Of a DNA stretch of 64,000 nt, positions 35,336-45,002 are shown in pieces. The DNA comes from Candidatus Bathyarchaeota archaeon. GTDB taxonomy: Archaea; Thermoproteota; Bathyarchaeia; 40CM-2-53-6; JALHTG01. The position numbers and the translations under genes were made by a program. The first letter of the stretch is position 1. Every line of letters begins with the position of its first letter. Where the stretch lies: positions 627-64,626 of the forward strand of contig JALHTG010000108.1 in the NCBI GenBank assembly GCA_022865705.1. Reading direction: 5' to 3'. Below the pieces are notes generated by a model. The model had not been told where the DNA came from and did not search any database. It worked only from the letters and a program-made list of their open reading frames with translations.

Positions 35336-36688
35336 ATGGAGTGTCAGATGGGTTTACTGAGAAAGAAACTACTGAACGGAGACAGAAAAATCGGTGTCTG
35401 GGGTACAGGATACATAGGCTTCTCTACAATGGCGAACTACGCAGCTAACGGCGTCAGCTGCCTAGGCACCGATGTTGCTCAATCTACTGTTGACACTATC
35501 AACCAGGGAAGAGTCCCGATCCTGAACCTAGAATACTGGCTCGGCTTCCCTGTAGAGCCTCTTGTAAGATCAGGAATGATGCGAGCAACAACCAGTTGGA
35601 AGGAACTCCTCAGCGAGGAAGTAGTGGTTCACATGATAGCCATCCCAACAGAGAAAGATGACAAGCCCTGGGACGACGCCTTGATCGACGTAACCAAGAA
35701 GATATCGACGATCGCTGATCAGAGCAGGAAGGAGGCGCCCCTGGTCATAATTGAGTCAACACTAACGCCAAACAGAACAAACGAGGTAGTCATACCTCTT
35801 CTCAAAGCGAAGGGACTGAAGATCGGCGAGGACATATGTGTCGGCGTGGCACCTCGAAGAGACTGGTTCATCAGTCCGGAAAAGAACCTCAAGAATCTTC
35901 CGCGCATCGTAGGCGGGACAACTCCAGCAACAACCGAAATGATGATGGACGTCCTCGGAATAGTCTGCGACAGATTGGTCCCAGCACCAGACCATAGACA
36001 TGCAGAGATCGTCAAAAGCATTGAAAACGCATACAGACATGTCGAGATAACACTGGCCAACCAACTCTCACTGGCATTTCCTGACATTGACATGGTTGAA
36101 GTCTTGAAGCTAGTCGGAACGAAATGGAACATTGGCGTTTTCCACCCAAGCTTGGGAACTGGCGGATATTGCATTCCTTTGTCTTCCAAGTATCTTCTGT
36201 CTGGAGCGAAACGCTCAGACGCGTTGACAATTCTGAGGGCCACGATCGAAACGGATGAACAAATGCCCAGGTTGGTTGCTGAACATTTGGCTAGGAGAGG
36301 TGCGAAACGGGTTGGGATACTTGGTCTGGCCTACAAGAGTGACCTGAAGGTTCACACGTTGAGCCCGACGCTCAAAATTGTGCCGCGTCTGAAAGAGAAA
36401 GGTGTCGAGGTGAAAGTCCATGATCCCTACTATTCGGAGCAGGAGATAGAGCAGATCGTTGGCACAGAGACCTTCATATTTCCCGAAGGATTGAGAGAAT
36501 TCGACGCGGTAGTCATAGTGGCTGGTCACCGGGCCTATAGAACCGTTCCGGGTTCGATGATTCTCAAGAACCTCGGCAAGTGCAAACTCATTGTGGACAA
36601 TATTGAGGAGGCTTGGAGACGCGTGGATTTTTCTGCATTAGGAATAGAGTATCACGTGGCTGGAGACAGAGGCTGGCTAGGCAGCTGA
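35336..36688 (+). CDS. Nucleotide-sugar 6-dehydrogenase (UDP-glucose/GDP-mannose dehydrogenase family, WbpA/WecC-like)
   Basis: KIGVWGTGYIGFSTMANYA Rossmann motif, catalytic-Cys region GTGGYCIPLSSKY. Confidence 0.8.
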   Translation: MECQMGLLRKKLLNGDRKIGVWGTGYIGFSTMANYAANGVSCLGTDVAQSTVDTINQGRVPILNLEYWLGFPVEPLVRSGMMRATTSWKELLSEEVVVHMIAIPTEKDDKPWDDALIDVTKKISTIADQSRKEAPLVIIESTLTPNRTNEVVIPLLKAKGLKIGEDICVGVAPRRDWFISPEKNLKNLPRIVGGTTPATTEMMMDVLGIVCDRLVPAPDHRHAEIVKSIENAYRHVEITLANQLSLAFPDIDMVEVLKLVGTKWNIGVFHPSLGTGGYCIPLSSKYLLSGAKRSDALTILRATIETDEQMPRLVAEHLARRGAKRVGILGLAYKSDLKVHTLSPTLKIVPRLKEKGVEVKVHDPYYSEQEIEQIVGTETFIFPEGLREFDAVVIVAGHRAYRTVPGSMILKNLGKCKLIVDNIEEAWRRVDFSALGIEYHVAGDRGWLGS

Positions 36689-36714
36689 GAAGAGATTCAC
36701 GGAGGCTCAGAAGA

Positions 36715-37533
36715 TTGACCGAGCTGGCCGGAAAACTAACTGAGATGGACTGGAAGAAAGTCGAGGACGACATAATCCACTTCATAGCAGTAGCTGTTTC
36801 TGAGGCGAAAGCAGAAGGAGTCGTTCTAGGGTTAAGCGGTGGCATAGACAGCTCGGTTGTGGTGACTCTCTGTGTCAAAGCACTAGGAAAGGAGAATGTG
36901 CTCGGGCTGTATATGCCCGCGACGTTCACTCCAGCCGATGATCAAGATGACGCGAAAGCCATCGCACATGATCTGGGCATAAGAACCCACCTGATACCAA
37001 TAGGCCAAATCGTAGACAAGTTCTTGGAGATCGTACCAATGAAGGAAAGAAACCGAGTCGCTGTTGGCAATCTCTTTGCTAGAATGCGAATGGTCGCCAA
37101 CTATTACGTCGCTAACTCCGTGAACTATCTCGTTTCGGGAACCGGAGATCGGTCTGAGATCCTGATAGGTTACTTCACCAAGTATGGAGACGGCGGGGCC
37201 GACTTTCTGCCAATTGGCCATCTTTACAAGACTCAGGTGCGAGAACTTGCAAAGCATCTCGGCCTGCCGTCAAGAATCGCTGACAAGCCGGCCTCGCCTC
37301 AACTGTGGAAGGGGCAAAAAGCGACTGACGAGATCCCCATAGACTATCCAATCTTGGACCAGGTTCTGCATGGTCTGTTCGACATCAAGATGAGCGCTGG
37401 TGACGTAGCGAAAGCACTCAATATCCCATCGAAAGTGGTAGAAATCGTGCAGCGATTCCACGAGCGCTCTCACCACAAGAGGACCATTCCACCCATGCCT
37501 TCCATTCCCCAAGAACTTCTGCGACCGTCTTAA
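36715..37533 (+). CDS. nadE: NAD+ synthetase-type PP-loop amidoligase
   Basis: GVVLGLSGGIDSSVV PP-loop and YFTKYGDGGADFLPIG. Start re-assigned to TTG at 36715, 9 nt downstream of a GGAGG. Confidence 0.75.
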   Translation: MTELAGKLTEMDWKKVEDDIIHFIAVAVSEAKAEGVVLGLSGGIDSSVVVTLCVKALGKENVLGLYMPATFTPADDQDDAKAIAHDLGIRTHLIPIGQIVDKFLEIVPMKERNRVAVGNLFARMRMVANYYVANSVNYLVSGTGDRSEILIGYFTKYGDGGADFLPIGHLYKTQVRELAKHLGLPSRIADKPASPQLWKGQKATDEIPIDYPILDQVLHGLFDIKMSAGDVAKALNIPSKVVEIVQRFHERSHHKRTIPPMPSIPQELLRPS

Positions 37534-37552
37534 GATCAAACGAGGCCTGAGA

Positions 37553-38656
37553 TTGATCAGAGTTCTGTTCCTAGCAGCCCCATTCAAGAGCCGATTCATA
37601 GAGCACATGACAGAATTCTTCTCAAACGAAATATGCTGGAAAATGGTGATTTCAGATAATCCTCCGAGCAGATATCGCACAAAGAGTTTGAAGGAGAATA
37701 TTGTAGACAGGGTTTTAGGAACGAGGAAGCTGGCCCAAGCAGCAAAGGAATTCAAACCTGACGTAGTCTATACAGACAACCTGTCATATAGCGGTCAAGC
37801 GGGAATAATCTCAGGTCTTGCAAGCATCAGAGCCCCGCACATACTTCATCTTAGAGGCAACTGGTGGGAAGAATATTTGGCATGGCACCATCTTGCCCCA
37901 TGGCACAAGAGGATGCGAGGCACACCATTCTACTTCTACTATTGGTTCGCCATAGCATCTACCGCTCTTGTCACGCCCATATGCCAGTGGCTTGAGAGAC
38001 GAGTGAAGCACTACCTCCCATGGAAACCGACTGAGGTAGTGTACCAAGGTGTAGATCCGAGACTCTTCTATGAAGAAGAAGGATTCGAAGTAGAACACCC
38101 AGCAGCAGCTATCATACAGAACCATACAGTGTACCCGAAAACACTAGGTCTTCTGACGTTTAGAAGAGTCATAGAAAAGGTACCGGATGTTCACTTCTAC
38201 ATAACGACCGGAGAAAGACGGAACCAACCGTACCTCCCGATGGTCGAAGAGAGATTCGAAGGTATGAGAAATGTTCACTTTGTGGAGAATGTGTCTTGGC
38301 CAGATGGGGTTCGGAGACTGCTCTCAGCCTGCGACTTCTACATACTGGCCTCAGGCCTAGACTGTTGTCCGACAACGGTACTTGAAGCCTCGTTAATGGA
38401 AAAGCCCGTACTGGCCAGCAAGGTAGGGGGCGTGCCTGAGATAGTGGCGGAGGGAGAAAGCGGGTGGACCATAAGCAATAAGGATGTGCAAGGTTGGGTC
38501 AGAAAGATTGAGCTTCTGGCCACTGACAAAGGCCTGGCTACGACCATAGGCAAGAAAGGCAAAACATGGGTTTCAGAGAGGTTCACCTGGGAGAAGATAA
38601 GTCGCCAAGTAGAGCAAATCTTAACGCGTGCAGCATCGTCTAGACAGTTGCTGTGA
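37553..38656 (+). CDS. Glycosyltransferase, GT-B fold (family 4-like)
   Basis: 367 aa with TTG start. C-terminal CPTTVLEASLMEKPVLASKVGGVPEIV (E-x7-E-like region). Confidence 0.75.
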   Translation: MIRVLFLAAPFKSRFIEHMTEFFSNEICWKMVISDNPPSRYRTKSLKENIVDRVLGTRKLAQAAKEFKPDVVYTDNLSYSGQAGIISGLASIRAPHILHLRGNWWEEYLAWHHLAPWHKRMRGTPFYFYYWFAIASTALVTPICQWLERRVKHYLPWKPTEVVYQGVDPRLFYEEEGFEVEHPAAAIIQNHTVYPKTLGLLTFRRVIEKVPDVHFYITTGERRNQPYLPMVEERFEGMRNVHFVENVSWPDGVRRLLSACDFYILASGLDCCPTTVLEASLMEKPVLASKVGGVPEIVAEGESGWTISNKDVQGWVRKIELLATDKGLATTIGKKGKTWVSERFTWEKISRQVEQILTRAASSRQLL

Positions 38657-38686
38657 ACAAATCAACGCCTTAGAGAGTCTCTTGAC

Positions 38687-39826
38687 ATGGAACTATTTCC
38701 TAAGAACCTGCTAGAGATACTTGTCTGTCCAATGTGTGGCTCTGAACTCCAACTGGAAATTCTCTCACCTGAGCTTAGAGATGGGGTGTTGTTCTGCAAG
38801 AGCAATCATTGGTATCCCGTCATCAATGGATTGCCAAAAATCTTGATTGGTGAGCTCAGAGGAAACTACTCCGACTTCGTCAAATCATATGATAAATGGT
38901 TCACGTCCAAGGGATTGCAGCCAGCTGAGCATTCCAGTGAGAGAAAGGAGAGCAAGCAAGTTCAGGAGACTTTTCGCGAAAAATGGATGACAAAGGACGT
39001 AATGGGCATAAGCGACTCTTCACCGTACAAGAAATTCATGCGCAACTGGATGCTCAGAAAGTATGGGTGGGAGAGCGAACCAAAGTTCGAGAAAGCACTG
39101 AGCAACAGGAGAATGATCCTGGATGCTGGAACCGGTCTCGGAAGAGAGGTAATCAACCTAGCCAAGGCTGCAAGACAGTCAAGCGTGGTTGGCATAGAGT
39201 TCTCTGACTGTGCCGCGAGCGCTATGAGGAACGTTTCATCACTAAGCAATGCCTACATCATACAGGGAGATCTTTTGAGACCACCGCTAAAAGAGGAATC
39301 ATTCGACTTCATCCTGAGTGAAGGAGTACTACACCATACACACAACACTGAGGAAGCATTCAGAAAATGCTGCAGACTTCTGAAGATTGGTGGTGAGTTT
39401 GCCTTCTATATCTACAGAAAGAGAGGGCCCGTTAGAGAATTCACAAATGACTATTTGAGAAACATCATGCAAAAAGTGTCTTCCAAGGAGGGCTGGGAGA
39501 TCGCAGAAAGAATAACAAGATTCGGTAAGGCCCTGTCAGACATCAAGGCCAAAGTCAGGATTCCTGAGGACATTCCTGAACTTGGAATAACGGCCGGAGA
39601 GACAGACATTCATCGTTTCATCTACTGGAATTTCTTGAAATGCTTCTGGAATGACGGATTGCCGTTTGAAGAGAACGCGATCATAAACTTTGATTGGTTT
39701 GTACCAGAACATGCTCACAGACACTCAGAGCACGAAATCAGAAGCTGGTGCCTAAGAAATGACATTGAAATCGTATGGTTCAACGCTGAGGAGTCAGGAT
39801 ACAGCGTTAGAGGCGTAAAGAAGTAA
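38687..39826 (+). CDS. Trm112-like zinc-ribbon domain fused to a class I SAM-dependent methyltransferase
   Basis: LVCPMCGSEL...FCKSNHWYPVINGLPKIL. SAM motif I ILDAGTGLGREV. Confidence 0.7.
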   Translation: MELFPKNLLEILVCPMCGSELQLEILSPELRDGVLFCKSNHWYPVINGLPKILIGELRGNYSDFVKSYDKWFTSKGLQPAEHSSERKESKQVQETFREKWMTKDVMGISDSSPYKKFMRNWMLRKYGWESEPKFEKALSNRRMILDAGTGLGREVINLAKAARQSSVVGIEFSDCAASAMRNVSSLSNAYIIQGDLLRPPLKEESFDFILSEGVLHHTHNTEEAFRKCCRLLKIGGEFAFYIYRKRGPVREFTNDYLRNIMQKVSSKEGWEIAERITRFGKALSDIKAKVRIPEDIPELGITAGETDIHRFIYWNFLKCFWNDGLPFEENAIINFDWFVPEHAHRHSEHEIRSWCLRNDIEIVWFNAEESGYSVRGVKK

Positions 39827-39837
39827 TGCATTGACCC

Positions 39838-41379
39838 CTACGAAAGCTTCTCGAACAACACGTAGCCATTCTCTTCAATAATAGGCTCGAAGGTGCTTGA
39901 GTCTACAACGCTGACCGGAACGATAGTCGTATCGACCAACACGAAGCTGATGTTGTACTCCTTGATCAGAGTATCCAATGGTACTGACAGAACTGGAAAG
40001 AAGGCTGCGAGCTTCTCATAGTTGCGTGCGCTCATCGTGTAGAATACCTTCTTGCCTGAGAAGTAAGGAATGGCAAATGTGTGGGAGGCTGGCAGACAGA
40101 GCACCCCATCCTTGTCTGAGCTTCTCAAGTGTGCGAATGTCTTCAGCAGAAGAGACTGGTCGTCGCTACGGTTGTGAAGGCGAACTCTAATCCAAGCTCT
40201 AGCATTCTGAACAAGCGATAGCACTACCACCACCAAGATCACAAGGAGTCTCAGAGTTGATGGCGACTCTAGGAAAAACCCACACAGAAACGCACTAGGG
40301 AAGGCGTTATAGTCAAGAAATTGCCTGCTGCCAACATGATGCCCCAAGAAACGGACGTACATTGCCACATAAAAGAATGCAAGAGTCAAGATAGACCAGC
40401 AAAGGACTAATCTCTGCCATGATATCTGAAAAGGAACAAAAAGCAGAATCACAACTGGAACTAATCCAAAAGGATTGAACGGGGAAATCCTCAGAAGCCA
40501 ATGCAGAGGGTTTACCATTCTTGTTCTTTGCCACAAAGATCGAATGGACATCTCATGGAAGTTGTCTGGCCTATCCCTGTTCAGTTTGCCCTTCTCAGAT
40601 TTTGAATGAAACTTCGCCATGTAGTCCAAACCATAGTCCTTATAATGCTTCAACCAAAAGCGCGTAATACCTACATGCCCCAAGAAGACCTTGACGTAGA
40701 AACCTCTTGAAACAACGATCGCACCTATGATAATGGCCAACAAATTCATCAACGGCACATAAGACCAAAACAGAACCGCAAAAGAGACCAATAGAAAAAA
40801 CAGAACCTGTGTTGCGAACTTGTGAGATAAGAGTACGACGATACCGAAAGCAATGACGCATGCAAGATAGACTGATTGGCCAGAATGAAAGTACAACACC
40901 AAACTGGACATCGCAAGATTAAACGCAACTAGGCCGAAAATCCTCGTATTGAAGCTCAGACTCTCCTGAAGAACAGCGGGTGTTAAGGAATAGATCATCG
41001 ATGCAACCAAAGCCATTTGGGTGCTCAATGATAACACGTATGTCAAACAGAACAACACAACCGAGTTCAGGCTATCCAGGATCGGATTAATCACCCAATT
41101 GTATCTTTTCAACCATCCCGACGGAAACATGGACAAGAAATAGAACGACAAAGGAGGATAATCGTGATCGCCTTCGATCAGGAAATACTTGCATACACCG
41201 TTGTATCCATGACCTTTCTTTAACTCATCAATGACAAGCAGATCCGCCCAAGTGTCATGACCAATCAGGGGCCTACCAATTCTCGGAAACGCCCTCAGAA
41301 CAAAGCAAAGAAGAGCTGCGCATACGGCTCCAATAAAGAAGGTCAGATCCAAAGTCGTCTCACAGTGCCATGAGTGCAA
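39838..41379 (-). CDS. Polytopic membrane protein (>=10 TM), candidate glycan polymerase or GT-C-like transferase
   Basis: 513 aa, hydrophobic throughout. No soluble-domain motif recognised. Embedded in the glycan cluster. Confidence 0.4.
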   Translation of the reverse strand: MHSWHCETTLDLTFFIGAVCAALLCFVLRAFPRIGRPLIGHDTWADLLVIDELKKGHGYNGVCKYFLIEGDHDYPPLSFYFLSMFPSGWLKRYNWVINPILDSLNSVVLFCLTYVLSLSTQMALVASMIYSLTPAVLQESLSFNTRIFGLVAFNLAMSSLVLYFHSGQSVYLACVIAFGIVVLLSHKFATQVLFFLLVSFAVLFWSYVPLMNLLAIIIGAIVVSRGFYVKVFLGHVGITRFWLKHYKDYGLDYMAKFHSKSEKGKLNRDRPDNFHEMSIRSLWQRTRMVNPLHWLLRISPFNPFGLVPVVILLFVPFQISWQRLVLCWSILTLAFFYVAMYVRFLGHHVGSRQFLDYNAFPSAFLCGFFLESPSTLRLLVILVVVVLSLVQNARAWIRVRLHNRSDDQSLLLKTFAHLRSSDKDGVLCLPASHTFAIPYFSGKKVFYTMSARNYEKLAAFFPVLSVPLDTLIKEYNISFVLVDTTIVPVSVVDSSTFEPIIEENGYVLFEKLS

Positions 41380-41788
41380 CCATTCGTTTCAGTGAAATTG
41401 AGTGAAGATTCTTTCATGTTTGATTTAAGCTTCTGGTTAGCACGATGTCTGAGAAGTGTCTTTCGCGGGAGACGCTTATAGCATCGTATGAGCATCTGCT
41501 TCTGCAGTCTGGATGTCCACAAGTATTCAACCTATGCAACTATTCTGGGTTCTCGTGGAAGAGCAGCGCGCTGTAAGGAGTACGCTTATTGCCATGGGCC
41601 CGACATAGCAAAAGGTTTGGTGACGGTTCAGACCATGCGAACTGCTAGAGACACCGACTCGCCTAGGTCAAAACTTCAGATCTACATGCAGATGCTTGTA
41701 TCTCATCCAGATACTGGGGATTCTCATATGATTGCAGGCTAGCCCTCACAGAATGTTGCGTTTGTCTTGGACTGGGGGAAATACAATC

Positions 41789-42553
41789 ATGAAAAGACAA
41801 TTCAACTCAGACACGGCGGCATTAGTACAAAGACTGAGAGCCTATGAATCAACAGTTTATGATCTGGAGAAGTGGATAATCAAACAAGTCAAATTACATC
41901 AAGACATGAAGGTCTTAGATCTTGGTTGTGGAACTGGTAAGCAAATGTTTGCTCTGCATAGATTCCTGTCCTCAGAAAGCAAGATTGTGGGAATAGATAT
42001 CTCGTCCGATGCTGTTGCAAGAGTAAATCAACGTGCTGAAAAAGAGGGAATCACGAACGTCAAGGCCATGATATGTCATCTCGACGACGTGACAACTCAC
42101 TTCAAAGAGTCACGTTTTGATCTCATATTGTCGACATACGCAATATATTACTCAAAGGATATGCTGTCACTGCTGTCTTCTCTCCGTCGATTGTTAAACG
42201 ACAAAGGACAAGTATTTGTCTGCGGATATGGAAAAGGAACAAATCAAGAGTTCTATGACCTGGTCAACAAGCTAGTGAACGACGAGTCTAGACAAATAGA
42301 ATCGATAGGCGATTTCATGGGGAGACAAGACATTGCTCATGCCGCTAGTTCTTATTCTTCTTATCGGGTCGTACGATTGGCAAATACAGTAGTTTTCAGG
42401 TCAGCGGAAAGCGTTTTGGCTTGGTGGAAGAATCATAATTCGTACATTCCTGAACTTCACCGGGAGGTCTGTCACACTATTGATCAGTACCTTAAGAAGA
42501 ATGGGTCTTTTGCCATGACCAAGAACGTATTGGGTGTTCTGTATGAATCCTAA
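41789..42553 (+). CDS. Class I SAM-dependent methyltransferase
   Basis: VLDLGCGTGKQMF motif I. Start set to ATG at 41789, preceded by GGGGGA. Confidence 0.75.
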   Translation: MKRQFNSDTAALVQRLRAYESTVYDLEKWIIKQVKLHQDMKVLDLGCGTGKQMFALHRFLSSESKIVGIDISSDAVARVNQRAEKEGITNVKAMICHLDDVTTHFKESRFDLILSTYAIYYSKDMLSLLSSLRRLLNDKGQVFVCGYGKGTNQEFYDLVNKLVNDESRQIESIGDFMGRQDIAHAASSYSSYRVVRLANTVVFRSAESVLAWWKNHNSYIPELHREVCHTIDQYLKKNGSFAMTKNVLGVLYES

Positions 42554-43313
42554 CGATTTCAGTTACACCTCCTATGGCGGCCTCTTGCGAATTCTACAAA
42601 GGTCAAGAGTCGATTTGTGCTTCAGGGATTTCACGGAAGGAAATACTGAAAACAACTTCTTTATCCTTCGTCACGACGTCGACTATTCACCAGAGGCCGC
42701 CTTGATGATGGCTGAATTGGAAACCGATTTAGAGATAAAAGCGACGTATTTTGTCCTGTTTAGTTCTCCATACTACAACTTGCTAAGCGAAGAATATGTA
42801 CTATTTCCCAAGAAACTGATAGAATTGGGACATGAAGTTGGCCTTCATTATGACCTAGGAGCAATGGGAAAGGGAGTACATGATGAGAATCTACTTGATA
42901 GGCTGTCACTGGAGATCGATCTTCTTTCTAGACTTGCTGGGTCGGATGTAAAGTCCATTGCCAGGCACGAATCATCATCCTCGGGGCCTGATCCATTCCA
43001 AGAAACAGAATTCACGAATGCCAGTGATGATAGGTATACTAAACAGATTTCTTACTTTTCCGACAGCTGCGGTGCCTGGAGAGACGATTTTGTAGAACAC
43101 CTTTCAAAGGGTGATTTTCCAATGCAAATGCAGTTACTTATTCACCCGCTGTTCTGGGCACCAACTTCTTTGAGTCGGTGGGAAACACTGGATGCTTTCG
43201 CTCAGAACAGAGTGAACGATTTGCTGACGAGAGTACAGCAAAGAAAGGAAATGTGGCGGAATCATGCTGGAGTCATCCAACATGAGCGTCGAGCAAAGCG
43301 CGCTATGTTCTGA
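42543..43313 (+). CDS. Polysaccharide deacetylase-like (CE4-like) protein
   Basis: FILRHDVDYSPEAAL and GHEVGLHYD segments. Overlaps the upstream methyltransferase gene. Confidence 0.5.
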   Translation: MNPNDFSYTSYGGLLRILQRSRVDLCFRDFTEGNTENNFFILRHDVDYSPEAALMMAELETDLEIKATYFVLFSSPYYNLLSEEYVLFPKKLIELGHEVGLHYDLGAMGKGVHDENLLDRLSLEIDLLSRLAGSDVKSIARHESSSSGPDPFQETEFTNASDDRYTKQISYFSDSCGAWRDDFVEHLSKGDFPMQMQLLIHPLFWAPTSLSRWETLDAFAQNRVNDLLTRVQQRKEMWRNHAGVIQHERRAKRAMF

Positions 43314-43477
43314 TGGTGCAAGCGCACGCTAATTCCTAGCCTAAGGAGCGTTTGGAACTCCATTGGTTGTGATTTGACGTTATGGGCGACTCACTACGTT
43401 CAGAGAGGAATCCGAAGTCTGGATGAGCCCGCAGCCACTGTCGCCTCAAGAGTCGCAGATGAAGTGCAGGATTCTTG

Positions 43478-43607
43478 TCACTTTTGCGTCAGGCATTGAG
43501 CCCATTGGCGTATTTCCTCTTCCAAAGAAACGATCTGGTGCCAGCCGAGCAATCTCTGAGCCTTGCTGACATCAAATGCCGCTCTATGATCCTCTTTGCG
43601 GTGAGAC
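43478..43607 (-). pseudogene. C-terminal ~40-codon remnant of an SDR epimerase/dehydratase gene
   Basis: RKEDHRAAFDVSKAQRLLGWHQIVSLEEEIRQW parallels the C-terminus of the intact epimerase at 25217-26194 (GDVRHSCADIEKARRVLGY). Homology begins at the CG run 43607-43614. The rest of track ORF 43478-43915 looks non-coding. Confidence 0.55.
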
Positions 43608-43614
43608 GCGCGCG
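43607..43614. repeat. Alternating CG run, 8 nt (TGAGACGCGCGCG, same left flank as the 13442 site)
   Basis: Marks the break point of the epimerase remnant inside the glycan cluster. Confidence 0.9.
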
Positions 43615-43740
43615 ATGTACACTTACAAGCCTTTCTAAGAGAGAGATTTAAGTGCGTGGCTTGAAGAGCCTCCTCCAAGATGAAGCGACCCACAGGCATC
43701 GAGAGACATACGAAGATAGCAGTCAGGTGAGCAGCATTCA

Positions 43741-44889
43741 ATGAGTCGAGAGACTTGCCGAAAGATACTACTGTTGATAAGCCCTTCGACCATTGAACAG
43801 ATGCTCGCGAAAGGAAACGTGTGGTACGTGCGGCATTATGAAGCCTATTTCGACAGAGTATATGTCGCCTACATGTTTGGTAGCCCTCATGAACCAGTGA
43901 CCAATGGCAATACAACCTTGGTCTCTCTTGGCTCTGGTAGGGGACAAAAGATGGACCTCATGCTCGCGCCATATCGGGTATATCGATTTGCAGGAAGAAT
44001 CCGACCTAGCAACTACCTCACAGCTGACATCGTGTACTCTTGGTGGATCTGCCTACTTGTAAGAGCCATTATCAGGGCCGAGATCTTCTTGATGCCTGTG
44101 TGTATGCCAGAAGAAATCTACAGGAACACTGGGAAGTCTATGTCAGGCCTGCCCCTGTGGCTGGAACGAATATTCCTGACGCTCAGTTTCGCATTCTCGC
44201 ATCGGGTCCTGACTGGCAAGAACATCAGCACAGTAATCGATTGGCTGTCATCAATAAGATCCATCAGACGCAAGTTAGCGATCATTGACACCCTTGTTGA
44301 GGAACTACCGTCGGTTGAGTTCTACAAACGTCTCGTGGATGGTGTGATCTTCCCGCGTTCAACCGACGAATTCAATATCCTTTATGTTGGCAGGCTACAC
44401 AAAGAAAAAGCGATCGAAGACCTGATAGAGATGCTGCGGCTGATCCAAGAGAGCGGCGTACGAGCGCGCCTCGAAATAGTCGGCGAGGGGCCTGAAAGAC
44501 GGAATCTGGAAGAGCTCGCAACCAACATTGGGGTAAGAGAAAAGGTCGATTTCGTCGGACCTAGACCTAGCGAAGATCTCGTTGACTACTACCGGCATGC
44601 GGACGTCTTCGTCTCCCCTCTAACTGGTACGTCTCTTCGTGAAGCTGCATTGTGTGGAACAGCGGTCGTTGCGTATGATATGGATTGGGTTAGGGGCCTC
44701 CTAATACACGAGGAAAATGCCCTTTTGGCTGAGCCTAGGAACGTCAAGGAGTTGGCTCGGCAAGTAGCTCGCGTTTTGACTGACAAACGACTGAGAGAAA
44801 CGATAGCGCACAATCTGCAGCAACTGGCCTTGGAATACTGGAAGCCCGAGAAAGTGCGCGTCGCTATGAGACAAGCATTCGAGTCGTAG
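43741..44889 (+). CDS. Glycosyltransferase, GT-B fold (family 4-like)
   Basis: ILYVGRLHKEKAIEDL, EIVGEGPER, SLREAALCGTAVVAYD. Confidence 0.75.
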   Translation: MSRETCRKILLLISPSTIEQMLAKGNVWYVRHYEAYFDRVYVAYMFGSPHEPVTNGNTTLVSLGSGRGQKMDLMLAPYRVYRFAGRIRPSNYLTADIVYSWWICLLVRAIIRAEIFLMPVCMPEEIYRNTGKSMSGLPLWLERIFLTLSFAFSHRVLTGKNISTVIDWLSSIRSIRRKLAIIDTLVEELPSVEFYKRLVDGVIFPRSTDEFNILYVGRLHKEKAIEDLIEMLRLIQESGVRARLEIVGEGPERRNLEELATNIGVREKVDFVGPRPSEDLVDYYRHADVFVSPLTGTSLREAALCGTAVVAYDMDWVRGLLIHEENALLAEPRNVKELARQVARVLTDKRLRETIAHNLQQLALEYWKPEKVRVAMRQAFES

Positions 44890-45002
44890 TGAGAATCCCA
44901 ATGGCGTTGAAGCGGATTCGTCATTCCACAAGCCTGCTGTTTATACTCACGAGATTCGTCTGTTGCCAGGACAGTCTTCCATGGTTTGGACGGTGACCAG
45001 AG

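Noticed and set aside
35719-36243. 174-aa antisense ORF in the sugar dehydrogenase gene
   Set aside because: It is a shadow ORF. The dehydrogenase frame has clear family motifs.
41488-41742. 84-aa ORF upstream of the methyltransferase gene
   Set aside because: It has no motifs and atypical composition. It lies in a promoter-like gap and contains only a 6-nt GCGCGC, so it was not called.
43615-43915. The upstream two thirds of track ORF 43478-43915
   Set aside because: Only the last ~40 codons resemble a known protein (an epimerase C-terminus). The rest overlaps the start of the plus-strand glycosyltransferase and looks non-coding.
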